DNA from: Eubacteriales bacterium
Lineage (GTDB): Bacteria; Bacillota; Clostridia; Oscillospirales; CAG-272
DNA: 64,000 nucleotides
Assembly: GCA_045539995.1 (NCBI GenBank)
Contig: JAZQGJ010000028.1
Location: forward strand, 4,171 to 68,170
Reading direction: 5' to 3'
Shown: positions 57,882 through 64,000 of the stretch, one piece after another
How positions within the stretch are numbered: position 1 is the stretch's first letter
How the letters are laid out: every line of letters starts with the position of its first letter
The notes under the pieces: generated by a model
What the model saw: only the letters and a program-made list of their open reading frames with translations
Databases searched by the model: none
What the model was told of the DNA's origin: nothing
Program-made: the position numbers and the translations under genes

Positions 57882-59249
57882 ATGGGTACTGATGGGTGGT
57901 TACTTACCATCATTTACGTCCTGCTCGTTATGCTTTCCGCTTACTTCTCGGCAGTCGAGAGCGCCTTTGCGGGAATGAACCGAATCAGGATTAAAAATCT
58001 TGCTGAAAACGGAGACCGACGTTCAAAGTCTGCGTTATACATATCCGAGCACTTTGACAGAACGCTTTCCACAATTCTTATTTGTAACAACCTTTCTAAC
58101 GTAGGCGGCGCGTCTATCGCTACCGTCATTTCGTTTAAGGTTTTTCAGATGCTTAAGGATAGTGGGACGGTTAATTTGAACGAAGCTGCTGAGACTGCTA
58201 TCGCTACGGCAGTTACGACGATAATCGTGTGCATAGCGGGAGAAATTTTACCGAAAAACTATGCGAATACAAACAGCGATAAGGTGGTCCTCGCGACTGC
58301 GACCTCGCTGAGAGCGATTATGGTTATCACTTTCCCCATCGCTATAATTTTCACAGGTATTACCCGTTTCCTGACCTCATTCTTTAAGGCAGAGGAGGAG
58401 CCGACGGTTACCGAAGAGGAGCTTTCCACTATCATCGAAAACGTAGAGGACGAGGGAATTATCGACGAGGAGCAGAGTGATTTGCTTCAGTCGGCGCTTG
58501 AATTTTCCGAGACCACCGTAGCCGACGTGCTTACAGTCCGCGACGACATAGTGAGCGTTGACGTTTCCATGTCAAACGAAGAAATTCTTAACGTTATCAG
58601 TAATAACAAGTATTCCCGTTTGCCCGTTACCGACGGCGACACCGATAATATCATCGGAATACTTATTTCTAAAAAATTTCTTTCGAGGTATATTTCAAAA
58701 GAAGATTTTTCTGTACGTGAAATTATGACTAAGCCGTATTTTGTGACTCTTGACGCAATAATTGACGACGAGCTCAAGAAAATGAGCCACGAGAAAAATT
58801 ATATGGCGATAGTTAAAGATAAGTCGGGTAAGACGTTAGGCATTACAACCATTGAAGACTTCCTTGAGGAATTAGTAGGAGAGATTTGGGACGAGGACGA
58901 CGTCGTAAACGATGACTTCATCAAGCTCGGCGGAAATCGCTTTGAGGTAAGCGGTAGCTTCGCCTTTGCAGAGATGATAAAGGAAATCGGATACGATATC
59001 GACGTGTCGGATTACGAGAATAAGTCGGTACAGTCCTGGATCTTGCAGACCCTTGCTCATATGCCTGAGGAGGACGAGGAGTTTGAGTGGAATGATTTGA
59101 CAGTCACTGTGCTCGAGCTTGACGAAAACCGCATTAAAAAGGTCGAGGTAAAGCTGAATACGCCCGAGCTTGAGATTTCTTCCGATGAAAACGTAGAAGA
59201 AGTCGAAGAAGCAACAAGCGATGAGCAGAAGGAGGCGGCTTCGATATGA
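57882..59249 (+). CDS. CNNM/CorC/HlyC-family protein (DUF21 TM, CBS pair, CorC_HlyC) with an acidic C-terminal tail
   Basis: 455 aa with SAVESAFAGMNRIRIKNL, GEILPKNYA, SRLPV and TIEDFLEELVGEIWDE. Confidence 0.85.
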   Translation: MGTDGWLLTIIYVLLVMLSAYFSAVESAFAGMNRIRIKNLAENGDRRSKSALYISEHFDRTLSTILICNNLSNVGGASIATVISFKVFQMLKDSGTVNLNEAAETAIATAVTTIIVCIAGEILPKNYANTNSDKVVLATATSLRAIMVITFPIAIIFTGITRFLTSFFKAEEEPTVTEEELSTIIENVEDEGIIDEEQSDLLQSALEFSETTVADVLTVRDDIVSVDVSMSNEEILNVISNNKYSRLPVTDGDTDNIIGILISKKFLSRYISKEDFSVREIMTKPYFVTLDAIIDDELKKMSHEKNYMAIVKDKSGKTLGITTIEDFLEELVGEIWDEDDVVNDDFIKLGGNRFEVSGSFAFAEMIKEIGYDIDVSDYENKSVQSWILQTLAHMPEEDEEFEWNDLTVTVLELDENRIKKVEVKLNTPELEISSDENVEEVEEATSDEQKEAASI

Positions 59250-60520
59250 AACAGCATATAGGTATAATTATATTTTTATTCGTTCTGCTTCTGTTTTCCG
59301 CATTCTTTTCGGGTACGGAAATCGCATACACCTCGGTAAATAAGCTCCGTCTGGACTCACTTGCCGAGAACGGAAAAAAGAGCGCTTTTCGCGCAAAGAA
59401 GATAATCGACGATTTCTCACGCGCGCTCGGTACGTTGCTCGTAGGAAATAATCTTGTAAACATAACCATTTCTACCGTTTCCACAATGCTTGTCGCGCAG
59501 CTTTTGGGCGATGCGGCAAAGGCGGCGGCTATCGTCACGTTTGCCGTAACGCTAATTATTCTTATCTTTGGCGAGATACTGCCGAAGACTCTTGCCAAGC
59601 GCTTTTCACTCGCGTTTTCCTGCGCTGTAGCGCTTCCTTTGAGAGTAATAATGATAATCCTTTCCCCAATCACAGCGCCCTTTAACGCTATAGCAAGAGG
59701 AGCTCTTTCGCATTGGGAAAGCAAGGAGGACAAACTTCCCACCGTTACCGAGGAAGAGCTTTCAGGAATTATCGAGACGGTTGAGGAGGAGGGCGTTATA
59801 GACGAGGACAAGGGTGACTTGCTCCAGTCTGCGCTCGAATTTTCGGATATAAGCGTTGGAGAAATACTCACTCCAAGAATAGATATGGTAGCAATAGACG
59901 TGGACGCAGATTTAGAGGATACCATAAAGGTGGCTTTAAATTCGCCCTTCTCGCGTCTGCCCGTTTATGAGGGCGACGTCGATCATATAATCGGCGTCTT
60001 ATACGTAAACAGGCTCTTGAAGCGTGTTGCTATAGGCAAGGAATTCAATTTACGCGATATTCTCTTTGAGCCCTGCTTCTTCCATAAAACAATGAAGCTG
60101 CCCGTAGTTCTTTCGGAAATGCGCCGACTTCATATTCATATCGCCGTGGTAATAGACGAGTATGGCGGAACTATGGGTGTTGTTACTATGGAGGATATCT
60201 TGGAGGAGATTGTTGGTGACATCTGGGATGAAAGCGATGAAATAAAGGTCGATTTTATCGAGAAGTCTGAAGGCAACTATGAGGTCAACGGCTCTGCTAA
60301 CATTTATGACTTCCTTGAATTTATAGAGCTTGACAACCGCGATTTCGAGAGCGAATATACGACTGTCGGAGGCTGGATAGTGGAAATGCTGCAGGCAAAT
60401 CCCGCTGAAGGCGACAGCTTCGAATACAAGAATATTTACGTAATCGTAACCGAGGTAAAGGACAATATAGTAAACAAGGCGACTGTTGTCGTAAAACAGG
60501 AAACGCCTGAAGAGGAATAA
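59246..60520 (+). CDS. CNNM/CorC/HlyC-family protein, tandem paralog
   Basis: 424 aa. The ATGA overlaps the upstream stop. Contains SGTEIAYTSVNKLRL, GEILPKTLA, SRLPVY and TMEDILEEIVGDIWDE. Confidence 0.85.
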   Translation: MKQHIGIIIFLFVLLLFSAFFSGTEIAYTSVNKLRLDSLAENGKKSAFRAKKIIDDFSRALGTLLVGNNLVNITISTVSTMLVAQLLGDAAKAAAIVTFAVTLIILIFGEILPKTLAKRFSLAFSCAVALPLRVIMIILSPITAPFNAIARGALSHWESKEDKLPTVTEEELSGIIETVEEEGVIDEDKGDLLQSALEFSDISVGEILTPRIDMVAIDVDADLEDTIKVALNSPFSRLPVYEGDVDHIIGVLYVNRLLKRVAIGKEFNLRDILFEPCFFHKTMKLPVVLSEMRRLHIHIAVVIDEYGGTMGVVTMEDILEEIVGDIWDESDEIKVDFIEKSEGNYEVNGSANIYDFLEFIELDNRDFESEYTTVGGWIVEMLQANPAEGDSFEYKNIYVIVTEVKDNIVNKATVVVKQETPEEE

Positions 60521-60595
60521 AAGAGGTAAATTAGTAATGAAAGCAAACGCAATTACAAAAAACGAAAATGCTTTTATGAATCTAATAAGCTGTTC

Positions 60596-60626
60596 AAAAA
60601 GGGATAGTCATGCGCTATCCCTTTTT
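60596..60626 (+). terminator. Rho-independent terminator after the CNNM pair
   Basis: AAAAAGGGATAG, loop tcatgcg, CTATCCCTTTTT. Confidence 0.8.
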
Positions 60627-60674
60627 CACTTGTAAATAAATGTTTACAAAAATGGAAGAAATGAGGATGAAACA

Positions 60675-62417
60675 ATGGAAAATATTATGACAATTTTAGC
60701 TGACTCAAACGCCAAGCTCGCGGCAAACGAGGAAATAACGTTTAACAACCTTAACAAGCTTTATAACTATCAGTTAAAATGTGAGAAAAACGAGATTTAT
60801 TATCTTATAGAGACCTTCTGGAATGAATACAACTCAAAGCTGGGTATAGACATAAGAGACTCTTTATATGAGGTAGGCACAGGCGTGGTAGAAGTATATT
60901 TCGAAGACGTTTCGGATACAGTGACAGGGAAAAAGGCATATGAATACGTAGCGGGCGAGGACGTTCATTTCAAGCTTGAATTACGCCAAAAGGAGACAAA
61001 TATACTCTTTCCGTGCTCGTCTTTCTCATATATCTACAGAATTGACGGCGTAGTGGATGAGGACAATAACACAGTCGATTATACGGGAACTCAATCGGGC
61101 GAAAGTGGCATATTTACTCTTACTATTCCTGCGAGTGAAATAAATAAATCACCATTACTCCAAAGAGGAAAGGGCGTTGTTATAGAGCTTCTTGTGGAAG
61201 CTTTTTCTACAGAGGATACCATTATCTGCGAGGGCGGCGCTACCTTAAAGGGCTATGCTGGAGGCGCGGCAGTAAACTTCAAGGATATTAAGGCGACGCA
61301 AGAAAAGCCCTCGGATTATGAAGCCTTCTGGGCAGAGCAGATAGAAAGAGTAAAGAATACGGACCCGACAGACGCAACCGTGCCCACAGAGAAAACAAGA
61401 TATTCAGCGATAGGCGAGCACCCCGACATTCTTCTCTATGACGATATAGACCTCACCAACTATTTTCATATAAAGAAATTTGATAAAGCCCTGCTTAGTA
61501 GCTACAGAGAAAAGGGGCTTTCCTCGGCAGAGGACTCTTGCCTCGATTTATTCGATATTTATGAGATATACTTGAAAGCGCCCGGTCCAAACCCTGCGAC
61601 TGGAATACTTACAATTCCCAAAAACAAGACAGGACTTGACGCCAGATTTGGCTTTGCGGGCTACGGTGTTTCCGCGCCCTCGGTATCACTCAATGACTCG
61701 GTTATATCCTTTCACGCAACGCATCACGGATACCCATGCGGACTCTCTCGGGATGAGTATTACACTGAGCTGTACGCCAAGGTTTTAAATTCCTACGGAA
61801 CGGCGGTGGGAAGACCTAACAGCACTTATAAAAATAAGGACGACTGTTACATTCTCTATATGTTTTTGCGCAATTTACAGGCAGTTCGCTTTATAGACGA
61901 GTGTAAAAGTAAGGATATAAGAGCTCTTGATACAGACTCGGCGCTTTATGATTTGTACGCCAATCTAAAAAGAGCCTTTAGCGGAAGCATAACCCTCTGG
62001 GGAGGAAGTATGGGCGGCTATCAGACCTTGGGCATATCAGCTCTTTCGGCTATGGCAGGATACAACGTAGTAATGACCCATTCTTTAGTGTCCGCATTCT
62101 GCAACAATTCGGGATATACTAAAGAGGGCAGAATAAACAACATTTTCGGCGTGTATTATGAAGATAATATGGATTATTTTGACGGCGTGTTCTTTGCTGA
62201 ATATATAAAATCCGAGATTGCCTTTTCACAGGTAGCCTTCGGGGACTATACGTGCCCGCCGTCGGGTATCATAGCGGCATATAATGCGGTAAAAAGCAAG
62301 AAGACTATGAATCTTTACCAGAATTCACAGCACGACTATTGGCCCACACGGGTAATTAACGGCATAGAAAAGCATACAAACCCTGTTTATACTTTTAAAT
62401 CCGAGTCAAAAATATAA
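60675..62417 (+). CDS. Acetyl-esterase-like alpha/beta hydrolase (AXE1/CE7-like) with an N-terminal extension of about 200 aa
   Basis: 580 aa. DYEAFWAEQIERV is an AXE1-type N-cap. The nucleophile elbow is GGSMGGYQTLG and there is a C-terminal SQHDYW. Confidence 0.55.
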   Translation: MENIMTILADSNAKLAANEEITFNNLNKLYNYQLKCEKNEIYYLIETFWNEYNSKLGIDIRDSLYEVGTGVVEVYFEDVSDTVTGKKAYEYVAGEDVHFKLELRQKETNILFPCSSFSYIYRIDGVVDEDNNTVDYTGTQSGESGIFTLTIPASEINKSPLLQRGKGVVIELLVEAFSTEDTIICEGGATLKGYAGGAAVNFKDIKATQEKPSDYEAFWAEQIERVKNTDPTDATVPTEKTRYSAIGEHPDILLYDDIDLTNYFHIKKFDKALLSSYREKGLSSAEDSCLDLFDIYEIYLKAPGPNPATGILTIPKNKTGLDARFGFAGYGVSAPSVSLNDSVISFHATHHGYPCGLSRDEYYTELYAKVLNSYGTAVGRPNSTYKNKDDCYILYMFLRNLQAVRFIDECKSKDIRALDTDSALYDLYANLKRAFSGSITLWGGSMGGYQTLGISALSAMAGYNVVMTHSLVSAFCNNSGYTKEGRINNIFGVYYEDNMDYFDGVFFAEYIKSEIAFSQVAFGDYTCPPSGIIAAYNAVKSKKTMNLYQNSQHDYWPTRVINGIEKHTNPVYTFKSESKI

Positions 62418-62487
62418 GAGAAATTGACATAAAGAGCGTGAAAAAACGCGAGTCGGTTAAAGCGAAATTTATTTAATCTATTTACTG

Positions 62488-62516
62488 TTGATTTTTTGTC
62501 ATATTTGTGATATACT
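62488..62516 (+). promoter_or_regulatory. SigmaA-type promoter for the MutS-like gene
   Basis: TTGATT (62488-62493), a 17-nt spacer, then TATACT (62511-62516). Confidence 0.55.
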
Positions 62517-62547
62517 TATTTTATTATGAATTAGGCAGGTGAAATTT

Positions 62548-64000
62548 ATGGAAAATTCCTTTTTGAGCTTGATATATCCGAGCGAGCAGTCAAAATCTGA
62601 TCATTCGCTTGTGTCCTCCTTGCCGAATATAAGAGATGAGGTTTGCGAGGAATTAGGGCTTTCACGTATTTTTTCATTGAAAAACAGCGATATAAGATAT
62701 TTTTTCACCTGTGACCGAGAAGTAATTGAATACAGGCAGGAGGCCCTTGCCGATATTATGAGCATTTCCGAGCTTTCGGAAACGTTAAACCGAGCGTTGC
62801 CCATACTTTTCGATATTACCGAGCTTCGCCGTCTGGATAATTCAAAAACACTTTCGGCAGGCGAGTCCTATCTTTACAGTATAACCGAAATAGAGCTTTA
62901 CGTAAGCTGTGTCGATACTCTCTACGAGGGGCTTTCGTCTGTTTCCGACAGGCTGAAGAGCAGAGCCTTTATTCATTTTTGTGAAGTAATTACTCACCTT
63001 GCGCAAAGCCATTATTACAAGGAGCTTAATAAAAAGCTATCTGCCCTCGCCTCGCGTGTTCACGAGGTTAAAAGCATTACTGTGGGAGTCAACCTCGACG
63101 CTCAGCTTCGTCCCTATGAGGCAGGTGTCATATCTGTCAACGCAGAGAATTTTAAGTCGGGAAAGATGCTCGATAAAATTCTGCGTATGAGCTTTAAGAA
63201 TGATTCTATGACCTGTATTGCGCCCTTAGTTCCTTTCGGCAAGGGGCAGTCGGATAATAGAAGGGAAGCGCTCATCGGAGCGTTCAACTCGGCAGTCGAG
63301 GAGGTTTTTCGTTCCTCCGTTCGTTCTTGGCGCGTGATAGTAGACGAATACGTTTTGGACAACACCGATTTTCTTTTGAAAATTTTGCCCGAAATAGAGT
63401 TCATTACAAAGGCGGGCGAGCTTATGCGAGCGCTAAAGGAAAAGAACTGTCCCTTGTGTATCCCCGAGATTTTCCCCATGTCGGAAAAGCGCTTTGAAGC
63501 AAAGGGCCTTTATAACCCCGATGTCGCTATGCAGATAGACGACGAGATAGTCACAAACGATTTTAAATTTGATGATAACGGTAGATTTTTCGTGCTTACA
63601 GGTCCCAACCGAGGTGGAAAGTCGGTTATCACCTGTGCGCTCGGAATTGCTCAGGCTATGGTTCAGCTCGGGCTTTATTTGCCGGCTATAAGTGCTAAAA
63701 TAAGCCCCGTTGATGCTATTTTTACGCATTTTCCCGACGGCGCTGAGACTACTATAGATAAGGGTAGGCTTGGCGAGGAATGCGCGAGATTGCACGAGAT
63801 TTTTGCTTCTGTGAGCGAGAACAGCATGGTATTACTCGACGAGTCGCTTTCCTCTACGGGCTCATATGAAGCGTCTTATATTGCCGCCGAAATGCTCGCA
63901 GGACTCAGCGTTTGCCGTTGCCGAGGCATCTTTTCGACGCATTTGCACGAATTGGCGTCCTCAATAGATGCTATAAACGAGCGTTCGCTTTCCGAGGGGG
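62548..64000 (+). CDS. MutS domain-V family ATPase lacking an obvious mismatch-binding domain; 3'-truncated by the window
   Basis: Not in the ORF track because no stop falls in the window. The hand-translated frame is open from the ATG at 62548 (SD aggtg). Walker A LTGPNRGGKSVI, Walker B MVLLDESLSSTG, and STHLHEL. Confidence 0.8.
   Translation, partial: MENSFLSLIYPSEQSKSDHSLVSSLPNIRDEVCEELGLSRIFSLKNSDIRYFFTCDREVIEYRQEALADIMSISELSETLNRALPILFDITELRRLDNSKTLSAGESYLYSITEIELYVSCVDTLYEGLSSVSDRLKSRAFIHFCEVITHLAQSHYYKELNKKLSALASRVHEVKSITVGVNLDAQLRPYEAGVISVNAENFKSGKMLDKILRMSFKNDSMTCIAPLVPFGKGQSDNRREALIGAFNSAVEEVFRSSVRSWRVIVDEYVLDNTDFLLKILPEIEFITKAGELMRALKEKNCPLCIPEIFPMSEKRFEAKGLYNPDVAMQIDDEIVTNDFKFDDNGRFFVLTGPNRGGKSVITCALGIAQAMVQLGLYLPAISAKISPVDAIFTHFPDGAETTIDKGRLGEECARLHEIFASVSENSMVLLDESLSSTGSYEASYIAAEMLAGLSVCRCRGIFSTHLHELASSIDAINERSLSEG

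Noticed and set aside
59134-59925. 263-aa ORF on the minus strand
   Set aside because: It is antisense across the junction of the two CNNM genes. The translation is Ser-rich and low-complexity. It is a shadow ORF.
60537-60635. 32-aa ORF (MKANAITKNENAFMNLISCSKRDSHALSLFHL) after the CNNM pair
   Set aside because: Its 3' third is the terminator hairpin of the upstream operon (60596-60626). The composition is unremarkable, so it is probably fortuitous.
1-64000. Scan for CRISPR arrays, tRNA or rRNA genes, IS elements, integrases or prophage genes
   Set aside because: I saw none. There are no regularly spaced short repeats, no cloverleaf-like or rRNA-like segments in the intergenic gaps, and no transposase, integrase or phage-type ORFs. 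The only tandem repeat is the 78-bp coding duplication at 3546-3701.

Overview
The window reads as a mostly core chromosomal segment of a spore-forming Clostridia-class Firmicute. All calls come from reading the ORF translations and the DNA by eye; no database search was run. Product names rest on remembered family motifs. Recognisable content, in order: spmA-spmB abutting a complete spoIIIAA-AH operon; an O-antigen-ligase-like gene and a CapD-like gene; a SufC/SufD-like pair; rqcH; putP; an M14 peptidase; ylmC/ymxH; the conserved block rpsB-tsf-pyrH-frr-uppS-cdsA-dxr-rseP-ispG-polC; a SpoIIQ-like M23 protein; uvrB-uvrA-dut; a tkmA/ptkA/ptpZ-like tyrosine-kinase module; a YtrA-type GntR-ABC operon; DUF4830 plus a spoVB-like flippase; two tandem CNNM/CorC paralogs; an esterase; and a MutS domain-V protein cut by the window end. 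I found no rRNA, tRNA, CRISPR array, transposase or integrase. The most unusual part is the first 4.4 kb. It is a visibly lower-GC, tightly packed operon of four membrane-anchored proteins that each carry the same short CxxCG...CxxCG zinc ribbon at a different position. One of them also has a CpXC domain, and one has a 78-bp tandem duplication encoding extracytoplasmic Cys/His repeats. No enzymatic domain is visible in any of the four. Other second-look items: an untracked 33-codon Cys-rich single-TM ORF after the ABC operon; three small translationally coupled ORFs that converge on polC with only 2 nt between the stop codons; an untracked 51-codon basic ORF; and a forespore-type promoter in front of the SpoIIQ-like gene.
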